A program made the translations under genes and the position numbers. Below, in pieces: positions 8,195 through 16,968 of a stretch of DNA of 20,000 nucleotides. Below the pieces are notes generated by a model that did no database searches, was not told the DNA's origin, and worked only from the letters and a program-made list of their open reading frames with translations. Location of the stretch: the IMG/VR virus record IMGVR_UViG_3300045902_000304. One strand, written 5' to 3'. The stretch is from an uncultured virus (IMG/VR IMGVR_UViG_3300045902_000304). Taxonomy: Duplodnaviria; Heunggongvirae; Uroviricota; Caudoviricetes. Position 1 is the stretch's first letter, and the number at the start of each line of letters is the position of its first letter.

Positions 8195-11100
8195 ATGAGT
8201 TTTCTGAACGAATTAAACGAGTACAATGGGAGAGCGGCAAGCAAGATAGCCGAACTAATTGCTCAACGCAATGAGTTAAAAGCTATAGGTGAGCCTGTGG
8301 CTGCTATTAACAAAAAGATAGCATTTATATCACAGCTTAAACAACTTGCCAATGATACAACGCTTAGCGATACACAGCGGCTTGAATACCTCACGTACTT
8401 AATAAACTATGCAGACCTGCTAAAGCAGCCTGTAGTACCTTTTACCCCCTATCAGCCAATACCCAATAACAACCCTTTATTTGCAGGGCAGCACAATGTC
8501 TTATCAGGGCTGCAAGGAGGCAATCCGGCATTGTTTGAATACTATCACGTAACCAACGCCCAAATAAGCTCATGGAACAATAAGGCGAGTTTGTCTGATA
8601 TAACCTTTAGTAACTTAGGTGGGCAGCCGTCAGACAATATTGCGCTTACCAATGTGCTTAATGGCAAGCAAAATATAATACCTAATGGGCTATCGGGGCA
8701 GTTTTATGCGTGGGATAAAACCTTTAAGTTTATCTATTGGAGTACGGTATCAGGCAAGCCCACAACGCTTGCAGGATATGGAGTTAGTGTAAATGACCCT
8801 TTGTTTGATGGTAAGTATTTGCAGCAAAGTAGTGTAGTAAACACCTATACAGTAGGCGCAAACACGCCAATATCCAATACCGACACAGTAGTGGGTATGT
8901 TTGGTAAGCTGCAAGGGCAGATAAATGCTTTGAGCGCATCGGCAGGAACAGTTACCTCAATAGGGATTGTAGGGCAGTCGGGGGTTTTTAGTATATCGAA
9001 TAGCCCAATAACAACAAATGGAAACATATCAATAGATTTCCAAAGTCAGCCCGCAAGAAATTTCTTAGCTTCTCCGACAGGAGGAAGTGGAGTTCCTACA
9101 TTTAGGACTATTACCTATGGAGACCTGCCAACGGCAATAACGCCGGGCGTTTATGGCTCTGCTACGGTAGTGCCTGTATTGACACTAAATGCACAAGGAA
9201 TAGTAACGGCTATATCTACTGCAACAATAGCGGGAGGGGGCAGTGTAACCAATGTGAGTGCGGGAAATTTGCTGCCATTATTTACTACAAACGTAAACAA
9301 TGCAAGCACTACTCCACAGATAAACTTTTCATTAGCCAATCAAAGCGCCAACTTAGTATTTGCCTCACCGGCAAGCGGCCCAGCGGGCGCTCCTTTATTC
9401 AGGGCATTAGTGCCTAATGATATACCCTCTGGTATTCCTATTTTTAAGATTTCTAATTTAACCGAAGAGTTAAACCAAAGAATTACCCGCAATGCAGTAC
9501 AATCGCAAATATTGGTAGCTAATGCAAGTAATCAGTTTGCACCTGTATTTATGAGTGGAGATGCCACTATAAATAATGTGGGTGAGATTACAATAAGTAC
9601 AGGGGCTGTTAGCTATTCAAAGATGCAGCCTACCAATGCGGGGCAGGTATTGCTTGGAAGGTTTGATGTAAATGCAGGTGAAATACAGCAAATAACTATT
9701 GGTAGCGGCTTATTTCTTGACCCAATAACAGGCATATTGACAAGTTTATTGGCCTCATTGCCTGACGGGGACTACGGAGAAATTACTGTATCTAATACAG
9801 GCTCTTTATGGATTATTAACAACAATGTAGTAGGCAACCAAAAAATCAGACAAAGTGTAGGGGCTTCTGTGATAGGCAGGGCAGCAGAGACAACGGGAGA
9901 TGTAGCCGATATAGTGGCAACTGAATATTCTGTATTACGAAAAGGCGCTGACGGCAATCCATTAGGATTTGGCTTATTACAAGCACAGCACCTTAACCCT
10001 ACGTTTTTATCAGGACAGGTATTAACAACTAACAATTTGGGTGTATTGTCATGGGTAAACCTTGCGGCAGGGGTAAGTGATGGCGACAAAGGAGACATAA
10101 CCGTATCCGGCGGAGGTGTTACATGGGCAATAAATAATCAGGCGGTTACCTATGCAAAGATACAAGATGTAGCGCCCAACTCTTTCTTAGCCAATGTAAC
10201 GGGCTCGCCTGCGGCTGTGCAAAGCATAAGTACGACAAGAATACCATTGTTTGCAACGGCAATAACAGGTACTGCTGATAACACTACATTTTTAAGAGGG
10301 GACGGCACTTGGGCTGTACCTTCCGGCGGTGGTGGTGGTGGCGGCACTAATAAAGTAACTTTTACTAACCAAACATCTGTAACAGTAACACACAACTTTG
10401 GATATGAGGTAATAATACAAGTATTTGATACAACAGGGAATAAGATAGTACCTGCCAATATACAAAACCAAAGTATAAATGCTTTTACGATAACTTTCCC
10501 AACTGCAACATCAGGATATATTATATACGGAGGATTAGGTGCAAGTGGTGGCTCGCCGGGTGGCACAAGCGGTGAAGTGCAATTCAACAATGGGGGTGCA
10601 TTTGGAGGTGTAAGCGGGGTAACGAGCGACGGAACTGCATTAACATTTAACACTGGCGCTTTATTGGGGGCTGATGCAAGAGCGGTAAGCTCGGCAGGGT
10701 TTATCATACAAAATAACGGAGCTCAAGATGTAGCTATATTTGGAGCAGGTGGTAATACCGGAGTATCTTTAATAGGAACAACCAATATAGGTTCAGGGGC
10801 TGCGGATTATTTACAAATAGCAGGAGGTACGGGTGCAACTATTGCAACAGCGCAAGGTAGTTCATCTAATATAGACATAAGATTTCAGCCAAAAGGTACA
10901 GGAGCAGTTGTAATAGGTGGTGGAACTCAAGCAACAGAGTTAAGGATATTGGAAGCAAGTGGGAATGGTAATAATTACACTGCTTTTAAAGTAGGAGCAA
11001 TGGCTGCTAATCTTGTATATACGCTACCATTGACAGGAGGTACAGGTGCTTTATTAAATGATGGGGCAGGTAATTTATCATGGGGTACTGTTGCAGCAGG

Positions 11101-12214
11101 TGCGGGAGGTAGTAATTTGCAAGTGCAGTATAACAATAATGGCGCACTTGCAGGCATATCTTTAGCTACTTTTAATAATAACGGAATAAGATTTAGTGAT
11201 GGTGGATTACAATTACTATCAGGAACAAATCAAACATTGACAATAAATACAAATCTTGCAGCAGCAAATAGGACTTATACAATACCTTCACATAATGCCA
11301 ATGCAACATTTGCATTATTAGAAAGAGGACAAACGTTTAGTGGTAGCAATACATTTTCAGCCACTAATACTTTTACTGAAACAGCAACATTTAATAAAAC
11401 ACCTTTTGGTGCTTCATTTACAACAACAAGTGCAATTGGATTTAATAATGGAGTAGGCGTAGGAGTACAAATATTAAATAGAGTATTAGCTTCTAATAGT
11501 ATCGGTTCATTTAATGTAGAAACACCAAACGGAACTCATAGGCATTTTAGAAGCACATATTCAGGAAGCAATGGTGCTTTAGTAAGATATTATTTTGGCC
11601 CCAATGATTTGGATGGAAGTGGCCTTTTAACAAGCGGCAATGATGCAGTATTTCATGTGCAAGGTAGAGGAGGCGGTTTTCAATTTGTAAGAGGCAGATT
11701 TTTAAGATTTGATGTAGGGGCTGCACAGGGAGTACAAGAGTTAATACAAAGCAATACCATTGATTTTGTAATTGGATATAATAAAAATTATCAACTTGGT
11801 GGTACAAATACATTAAATACATATTCAACTATTGCTGTAACAGGCAGAGAAAATATAATAGACAATGGGGCAAATGCAAATTTGACAATTACCAATTCTG
11901 CAACATTAGCTATTGATGGAACACCAACTTCAGGCAATGGAGTATCGTTTGCAAATACTCCTATGACTTTATGGATTAAACAAGGGCTATCAAGGTTTGA
12001 GGGTAAAGTAGGTATAGCAAATATAGAAGCTGTTGGCTCTGAAAATCAAGCACATTTAACTATTGGTGGTAGTAATACAAATATAGGCCAAATAAGATTG
12101 CTTAATGGCACAAACTATACAGGAAACCAAGATGGTGTGTTGTGGAGAGATGGCGATGACATTAAAGTAAGATTAGGAGGCACAACCTATAAAGTGGATT
12201 TAACCGCAATTTAA
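8195..12214 (+). CDS. Long tail fibre protein
   Basis: 1339 aa, G/T/N/S-rich, with duplicated fibre modules: 'QPARNFLASP..G.PTFR..DLP' / 'QSANLVFASP..G.PLFR..DIP'; 'DGDYGEITVS..W.INNN' / 'DGDKGDITVS..W.INNQAVTYAKIQ'; 'GGTSGEVQFNNGGAFGG' / 'GGSNLQVQYNNNGALAG'. Also a poly-Gly hinge and a helical N-terminal anchor. Confidence 0.85.
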   Translation: MSFLNELNEYNGRAASKIAELIAQRNELKAIGEPVAAINKKIAFISQLKQLANDTTLSDTQRLEYLTYLINYADLLKQPVVPFTPYQPIPNNNPLFAGQHNVLSGLQGGNPALFEYYHVTNAQISSWNNKASLSDITFSNLGGQPSDNIALTNVLNGKQNIIPNGLSGQFYAWDKTFKFIYWSTVSGKPTTLAGYGVSVNDPLFDGKYLQQSSVVNTYTVGANTPISNTDTVVGMFGKLQGQINALSASAGTVTSIGIVGQSGVFSISNSPITTNGNISIDFQSQPARNFLASPTGGSGVPTFRTITYGDLPTAITPGVYGSATVVPVLTLNAQGIVTAISTATIAGGGSVTNVSAGNLLPLFTTNVNNASTTPQINFSLANQSANLVFASPASGPAGAPLFRALVPNDIPSGIPIFKISNLTEELNQRITRNAVQSQILVANASNQFAPVFMSGDATINNVGEITISTGAVSYSKMQPTNAGQVLLGRFDVNAGEIQQITIGSGLFLDPITGILTSLLASLPDGDYGEITVSNTGSLWIINNNVVGNQKIRQSVGASVIGRAAETTGDVADIVATEYSVLRKGADGNPLGFGLLQAQHLNPTFLSGQVLTTNNLGVLSWVNLAAGVSDGDKGDITVSGGGVTWAINNQAVTYAKIQDVAPNSFLANVTGSPAAVQSISTTRIPLFATAITGTADNTTFLRGDGTWAVPSGGGGGGGTNKVTFTNQTSVTVTHNFGYEVIIQVFDTTGNKIVPANIQNQSINAFTITFPTATSGYIIYGGLGASGGSPGGTSGEVQFNNGGAFGGVSGVTSDGTALTFNTGALLGADARAVSSAGFIIQNNGAQDVAIFGAGGNTGVSLIGTTNIGSGAADYLQIAGGTGATIATAQGSSSNIDIRFQPKGTGAVVIGGGTQATELRILEASGNGNNYTAFKVGAMAANLVYTLPLTGGTGALLNDGAGNLSWGTVAAGAGGSNLQVQYNNNGALAGISLATFNNNGIRFSDGGLQLLSGTNQTLTINTNLAAANRTYTIPSHNANATFALLERGQTFSGSNTFSATNTFTETATFNKTPFGASFTTTSAIGFNNGVGVGVQILNRVLASNSIGSFNVETPNGTHRHFRSTYSGSNGALVRYYFGPNDLDGSGLLTSGNDAVFHVQGRGGGFQFVRGRFLRFDVGAAQGVQELIQSNTIDFVIGYNKNYQLGGTNTLNTYSTIAVTGRENIIDNGANANLTITNSATLAIDGTPTSGNGVSFANTPMTLWIKQGLSRFEGKVGIANIEAVGSENQAHLTIGGSNTNIGQIRLLNGTNYTGNQDGVLWRDGDDIKVRLGGTTYKVDLTAI

Positions 12215-12218
12215 GAAG

Positions 12219-13727
12219 ATGAAGCATTACAAAATAGTATTAGAAGGAGCTCTTGATGAAGTAGAAAAGACTATTGCGTCAGCAAGCACTATATCATTGA
12301 CAGATGGTAAAGTGTTTAATGTAACAGGCAATACAGCTATTACGGCAATAAATATACCCGAAGGAGCTACAAGAACACTAAAATTTGCAGGTTCTTTAGT
12401 GCTGACACATTCAAGTGGGTTACAGCTTTTTACAGGTAGTAATATAACTACACAAGCAGGTGATATAGCTCATTTTCAGGGAGTAAGTGGTGGAGCTATA
12501 ATGATTGGATATTTTAAGAAAAATGGTGAGGCACTTGTAGGTAGTGGAGGTGGTGGTGGGTTGGCTTTAACAGGGCAAAATTATGTATTAGTGCAGAGTG
12601 TAAATACAGGCAATCCATCGGCTGATGCAATTACTAATGGTGAAGCACTAAAACAAGCACTATTAGATGCTGATGCACTCGATATAGGTGCAAAAAGTGA
12701 AGATAATTTGGCAGTAGTATTGCTAATGCCCGGCACTTATGATGCTAATGGAACGCCTTTTACTGTACCTACATTTGTAGATATAGTAGGCATAAGTAGC
12801 AATGCCAAAGACACTATACTGATGAATAGTAATGGCGACTATACATTGCAGTATAATGAAAATGTAAACAGTGGATTGTTTAATGTAGATATAAGGCAGG
12901 GAAGTACATGCACTATATATGACAACGGAGAAACAGGGCAATATTATCGATGGGATAATGTGGTGATAAGTGGTGATGTAACACCTTCTGATGGCAGTAT
13001 GAATGAGTTCAAAGGGAAGTTTAGAAGAGTTACAGGAACTGCAATAGCATTTGCTTATCTTAATGGAGATATAGATATAGACTTTGAAGGAGAAGTGGAC
13101 TTTTTGGGGAGTGATAATATTTTGAGAGCGGGTAATGATTTCAATGGTGCTGTAAAAGGTAATTTTGGAAATTTTGGAGGTGGTTGTTTTAGAGCAAACA
13201 ATGATTTTAATGGTACTGTAAAAGGAACTTTGGGTGATTTTGGAGTTGGTTGTTTTGGAGCAGTCAATGATTTCAATGGTACGGTTAAGGGTACTTTTGG
13301 TGATTTTGGAGATAATTGTTTTAGAGCAAACAATGGAAATTTCAGCGGAACTTTAGAAGGGAATTTTGGTGATTTTGGGAATGATTGTTTTTATGCAGGC
13401 AATACCTTCAATGGAACTTTAGAAGGAACTTTTGGTGATTTTGGAACTAACTGCTTAGAAGGAGCAACACTTACACCAAAAATAATTAATGCTAATATTC
13501 CCGCTTCAAGTTCTTCATATAATTCAGGTACGATTATCCGCAATTCTATAATTAGAGGAAATGTGGATATACAAGGGAATGTAATCATCGAATACTCAAA
13601 AATATTGGGCAACATAACAGGCTCTGCAAGTAATGCTCAAATTATTTTCAATGCTGTAAAAGGTGCTATTGATAATTTTATCAACAGCATAATCAGCAAC
13701 AACATAGAAAACTTAAGTATAGAATAA
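12219..13727 (+). CDS. Tailspike/receptor-binding-like protein with beta-helix/beta-solenoid repeats
   Basis: N-terminal 'IASASTI..VTGNTAITAI..RTLKFAGSLVLTH..NITTQAGD' fibre module, then a Gly linker, a 'LKQAL...VLLMPGTYD...VDIVG' motif typical of the start of parallel beta-helices, and five 22-23-aa repeats. Confidence 0.7.
   Translation: MKHYKIVLEGALDEVEKTIASASTISLTDGKVFNVTGNTAITAINIPEGATRTLKFAGSLVLTHSSGLQLFTGSNITTQAGDIAHFQGVSGGAIMIGYFKKNGEALVGSGGGGGLALTGQNYVLVQSVNTGNPSADAITNGEALKQALLDADALDIGAKSEDNLAVVLLMPGTYDANGTPFTVPTFVDIVGISSNAKDTILMNSNGDYTLQYNENVNSGLFNVDIRQGSTCTIYDNGETGQYYRWDNVVISGDVTPSDGSMNEFKGKFRRVTGTAIAFAYLNGDIDIDFEGEVDFLGSDNILRAGNDFNGAVKGNFGNFGGGCFRANNDFNGTVKGTLGDFGVGCFGAVNDFNGTVKGTFGDFGDNCFRANNGNFSGTLEGNFGDFGNDCFYAGNTFNGTLEGTFGDFGTNCLEGATLTPKIINANIPASSSSYNSGTIIRNSIIRGNVDIQGNVIIEYSKILGNITGSASNAQIIFNAVKGAIDNFINSIISNNIENLSIE
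13125..13457 (+). repeat. Coding tandem repeat, 5 x 66-69 bp (xAxNxFNGTxxGxFGDFGxxCF)
   Basis: Units start at 13125, 13191, 13257, 13323 and 13392; the fourth unit has one extra codon. Confidence 0.92.
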
Positions 13728-13728
13728 A

Positions 13729-15465
13729 ATGATACCTATAAACTTTTACCAACTGCACGCTCCTAATCAAGGGGCTATACCTGCTCTTGACCTTGTTCAA
13801 ATATTTAACTACTCTACCTCTCCTAATGGCTATTCTGTTTTTCACCCCAACGCTAACAGACCTTTTCAGGTAGTGATTGACTTAATGGTTAGTCATTTCG
13901 TTGAAACTCTTATACACGCTCCTGTAAATGGTGCACCTATAATTGAAGTGCATACTTCACCCAATAATATTGACTATGAGCTTATTGGTACGCTCAACAC
14001 TACTTTCACAAGGGAAGAAAGACAATTTGCAATTAACCGTACTTGCAGATATATTAGGCTTACTTGTATATCACAAACTATACGTTTCCCTTTTATCAAG
14101 TTTATAGGCTCACCAACAGGTAATGCTTTCAGGCAGCCTAATCTCAAAGTAGTACGCAAAAGGGTTTGTGATTATATTGGCTTTAATATGTGGCCTTCAT
14201 CAGAAGTTCGTTTCTATAAAGACCTCAACTTTAGCCACCACAGATATTTTATGTTTTTCCGTTTTCACCGAAACAGACCTGAAAAACATAAATCTTATGC
14301 CTTTAAACCTATGTACTCTGGTGTGGCCGTAAGAGAAGGTTTTAGAGATTTAGAAGATACTATTAAGGCTTATCCTAATCGTATTCACATTCTTTCTTAT
14401 TCTAATAATACACCATTTATTGGCCCTGAAAATGGTGCGCCTACTGACCTTAATCAATTGGCTCATTACGCTTATGCTTTAAGTGTGAGATATGGCAACA
14501 AAGAAATGCCGGAAGCAAATATTATAGATACTGATTTTCCTCGTTGGAGACCACAAGAAAATATTACAGGCTTAAACCTGCCTGTTGTTTTCAATATCAA
14601 TGAATACGAGGGGCATTGGAAAGCTGATAGGATTACTCCTAAAGTAGCAGCAGAGGCTTATATTCGCTCTGAAAGCAATAATCCGGGTAATATCATTATC
14701 ACTCCTAATGCTACGGCTGGCTACTCTTTTAACTTTTGGATTGAGTTTGCACAGTATCTTACTCCAACTCAAAGAAGAAAGGTTAAAGCTATTGAGTTTC
14801 ATAAGTATTTATATGGCAATGGCAATCAGCATGAAGGCAATATAAAAAGTGCAGTTGCTCCTGAATCTATTTCTTTTATTGATGACTTACGCAAGTTTAG
14901 GCTGATGTGTGCTGTATATTTCCCTAATGCTCAAGTGTGGCTGACTGAAATAGGCTATGAAACATCAGGGCTCACAAGGGCATCTGTACCTGATATACCT
15001 AATCAAACTTACGCTGAAACTCAAGGCTTATGGCTTGTAAGGGTAATGCTGCAAACTATGGCTGCGGGTATTGACTTTACTACAATATATGCTATAAGCG
15101 ACATAAATGACTTAGAAAGTGGGCTATACAATCGTTGTGGTTTATGGACAAGGGCAAATACTGAACCGGATGGTATAAGCAAGCCTAAAGCGTCTTACTT
15201 TATTGTCAAACGTTTTCTTGATACGCTTGGTAACTATACTTTTAGGCAGATGCAAAACCGAAACGATGGTGTATTTGAATACCGATTTTTGCTCAACAAT
15301 AGACAGGCTTTTGTGTTTAATACTTTAGAAAATAATGTTAAACAAATTACACTTAATATACCTTCGGGTAATTATACTTTATTAAATTTGCTCACCGGAG
15401 AGACGCATAGTGTAAAGCGTAACGACCGAATAAATGTTAATCACGTACCTGTTATTGTTTACTAA
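13729..15465 (+). CDS. Discoidin/F5-8-like domain + clan GH-A (TIM-barrel) glycoside hydrolase
   Basis: N-terminal 'VVIDL...IEVHTS.NN.DY...CRYIRL' fits a discoidin/CBM32-like pattern. The catalytic region has 'NINE' (acid/base), 'IEFHKY', 'VWLTEIGY' (nucleophile), 'ETQGLWLVR' and 'GL...KPKASY', typical of GH5/GH39-like clan A enzymes. Confidence 0.75.
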   Translation: MIPINFYQLHAPNQGAIPALDLVQIFNYSTSPNGYSVFHPNANRPFQVVIDLMVSHFVETLIHAPVNGAPIIEVHTSPNNIDYELIGTLNTTFTREERQFAINRTCRYIRLTCISQTIRFPFIKFIGSPTGNAFRQPNLKVVRKRVCDYIGFNMWPSSEVRFYKDLNFSHHRYFMFFRFHRNRPEKHKSYAFKPMYSGVAVREGFRDLEDTIKAYPNRIHILSYSNNTPFIGPENGAPTDLNQLAHYAYALSVRYGNKEMPEANIIDTDFPRWRPQENITGLNLPVVFNINEYEGHWKADRITPKVAAEAYIRSESNNPGNIIITPNATAGYSFNFWIEFAQYLTPTQRRKVKAIEFHKYLYGNGNQHEGNIKSAVAPESISFIDDLRKFRLMCAVYFPNAQVWLTEIGYETSGLTRASVPDIPNQTYAETQGLWLVRVMLQTMAAGIDFTTIYAISDINDLESGLYNRCGLWTRANTEPDGISKPKASYFIVKRFLDTLGNYTFRQMQNRNDGVFEYRFLLNNRQAFVFNTLENNVKQITLNIPSGNYTLLNLLTGETHSVKRNDRINVNHVPVIVY

Positions 15466-15468
15466 AAC

Positions 15469-15942
15469 ATGAAGGCTTTATTTGAAAGTAAATGGTTATA
15501 CATAACTGCTTTTTTGTTTACTTTTTTGGGCGCTGCGCTTGACAGTATAGTGGAAAGATTTAACATTAAGAAAACCCTTAATATTGATGGGGATAGTGCT
15601 GAATTGAGCTATTCTATTATCCCTTCACCTAAGAACATAGACACTATATTTGTTACTTTCAATGATGGGAATTTCAGGTTTTCTAAACACTATTTTACTG
15701 GTAGCATAGTTTGTTTTGTGTCTAATCATTCAATGGGTGATGTGCGGTATAGGATTTATGTGAAAGGGAGGGCTGACTGGTTGCTACATGAGCTTTTAGT
15801 GAGAGAAAAAGATGTAGGGGCTTGGTTTGAATTGAGATACAGAAAATCTATAACTCATTACGCTGTGCATTTACAATCTATTGATTACAAGGGCAGGGAG
15901 ATAAACACGAGAATAGTTATTCATCAAAGGGATTTGCTATGA
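15469..15942 (+). CDS. Hypothetical protein with an N-terminal transmembrane/signal segment
   Basis: 157 aa with hydrophobic 'WLYITAFLFTFLGAAL'; last gene of the + strand operon. Confidence 0.65.
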   Translation: MKALFESKWLYITAFLFTFLGAALDSIVERFNIKKTLNIDGDSAELSYSIIPSPKNIDTIFVTFNDGNFRFSKHYFTGSIVCFVSNHSMGDVRYRIYVKGRADWLLHELLVREKDVGAWFELRYRKSITHYAVHLQSIDYKGREINTRIVIHQRDLL

Positions 15943-16037
15943 TTTGATTATTACTTCGCAAATATAGGTTGCGCTTGCTTGGCTTTTATCTTTAATTGGG
16001 GATTTAAGGGTTAGTTGCTATTTCTAAAATAAACGAG

Positions 16038-16343
16038 TTAGCGGCAATTGCAAAGACGACACCAACCCATCCTAAAATTGTGTATCATTTTTTGTGTTTC
16101 CTCTTGCTCATTATGGTCAATCAAAAATGTGTATTTCTGTTTAACCCATTTATTTGTCAGCAAGTCCAAAACTTCGTATTCTGTTTCGTGTTGCATTTCC
16201 CCCATAAAAGCAATAGCATCTGTGTATGAATAAACGTATTCCTTTTCAAATTGCGACAACTGACTACCGCTAACATTGGTTTGTGGCAAGTGCGGTTGAC
16301 GTGGTTTAATCAGCCTCAGTAATTCTAATAATCTTCTGTACAT
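16038..16343 (-). CDS. Hypothetical cassette-borne protein (101 aa) whose N-terminus is encoded by the attC-like hairpin
   Basis: The ATG is preceded by A-rich aaaacaaaaccttaaaat. The ORF reads through the hairpin arm (PHLPQTNVSGS), and its TAA stop lies within the GTTAGC core at 16037. Confidence 0.7.
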   Translation of the reverse strand: MYRRLLELLRLIKPRQPHLPQTNVSGSQLSQFEKEYVYSYTDAIAFMGEMQHETEYEVLDLLTNKWVKQKYTFLIDHNEQEETQKMIHNFRMGWCRLCNCR

Positions 16344-16402
16344 ATTTTAAGGTTTTGTTTTTCAAAATCCGCACCTGACCACAAGTTAAGTGCCGTTAGC
16401 TG
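16267..16402 (+). mobile_element. Integron attC-like recombination site (136 bp)
   Basis: CCGCTAAC (16267-16274) ... GTTAGCTG (16395-16402) as outer boxes. Inner arms ttgtggcaagtgcgg (16281-16295) and ccgcacctgaccacaa (16369-16384) pair with one extra base and one mismatch, around an AT-rich central loop. Confidence 0.75.
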
Positions 16403-16407
16403 CAATA

Positions 16408-16836
16408 TTAAAGAGCAGACAGCCTTTTTAAAACATCAACAGGAATATGACCGTCAAAAGGATATTTAGCCTTTTCAACAGCAGGAATTTTAAACAAGTC
16501 CCAATCCTTTGCTTCATAGTGGTTTGATATTTGCCCAGTAGGCAGAACTGCAACTACAATAAACCACCCGCCTCCAAAGCAAAGTTCACCGTCATTGTGC
16601 TTCCAACTTTTATGAACGTCATATAGTGGTTCTTTCATATTTGGAGGCATACTTTTGCCTTCTTTAATCTTTATCTCATTAACATACCAATCTTTTGCCC
16701 ATTCGTTAAATAGTGCAGCGTTGTAAACTTTGCGAAACTCATATGGTTCTGCAAATGTATGATAGCCATTGGACGTTTGACTAATATCTTGTCCATCGTT
16801 TTTTAGGCTTTTAAGTAAGTCGTTTATTTTATTCAT
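16408..16836 (-). CDS. Conserved phage hypothetical protein, 'GYHTF...GWFIV...GQIS.H...DGH' (WDGH-type) family
   Basis: Likely start is MNKIND at 16836, since the ORF track extension to 16893 runs through the decayed attC. Motifs SNGYHTF, KSWKHNDG, GGGWFIV, LPTGQISNHY, WDLF and FDGH match a widespread phage family as I recall it. Confidence 0.7.
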   Translation of the reverse strand: MNKINDLLKSLKNDGQDISQTSNGYHTFAEPYEFRKVYNAALFNEWAKDWYVNEIKIKEGKSMPPNMKEPLYDVHKSWKHNDGELCFGGGWFIVVAVLPTGQISNHYEAKDWDLFKIPAVEKAKYPFDGHIPVDVLKRLSAL

Positions 16837-16845
16837 AAAATTGTG

Positions 16846-16954
16846 AAATACGGCAGGCAAAATGTGTTTTGTAATATAACGGTAAAAGTACAAAGTTCAT
16901 CGTTTATTGATAGTTTTGTGTTCCATATATTTTCAGGTTGACAATCGTTAGCTC
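16846..16954 (+). mobile_element. Degenerate second attC-like site
   Basis: Ends in GTTAGCTC (16947-16954). The left end aatacggcaggcaa matches the reverse complement of the preceding cassette start (aatattgcagctaa) at 10/14. Inner arms no longer pair well. Confidence 0.4.
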
Positions 16955-16968
16955 ATGAGCTTTAATCA

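Noticed and set aside
1501..14802. Many - strand ORFs opposite the structural genes (e.g. 1938-2273 with LVLSAR repeats, 10150-10707, 13055-13333)
   Set aside because: Antisense shadows of real + strand genes; their repeats mirror the coding repeats.
15469..15942. Holin or spanin call for the membrane protein
   Set aside because: Only one hydrophobic segment, no lipobox or coiled coil, and no endolysin recognised nearby.
16025..16831. 12-bp inverted repeat taaaataaacga (16025-16036) / tcgtttatttta (16820-16831)
   Set aside because: AT-rich, one copy is inside a CDS, and there is no transposase or target duplication; probably chance.
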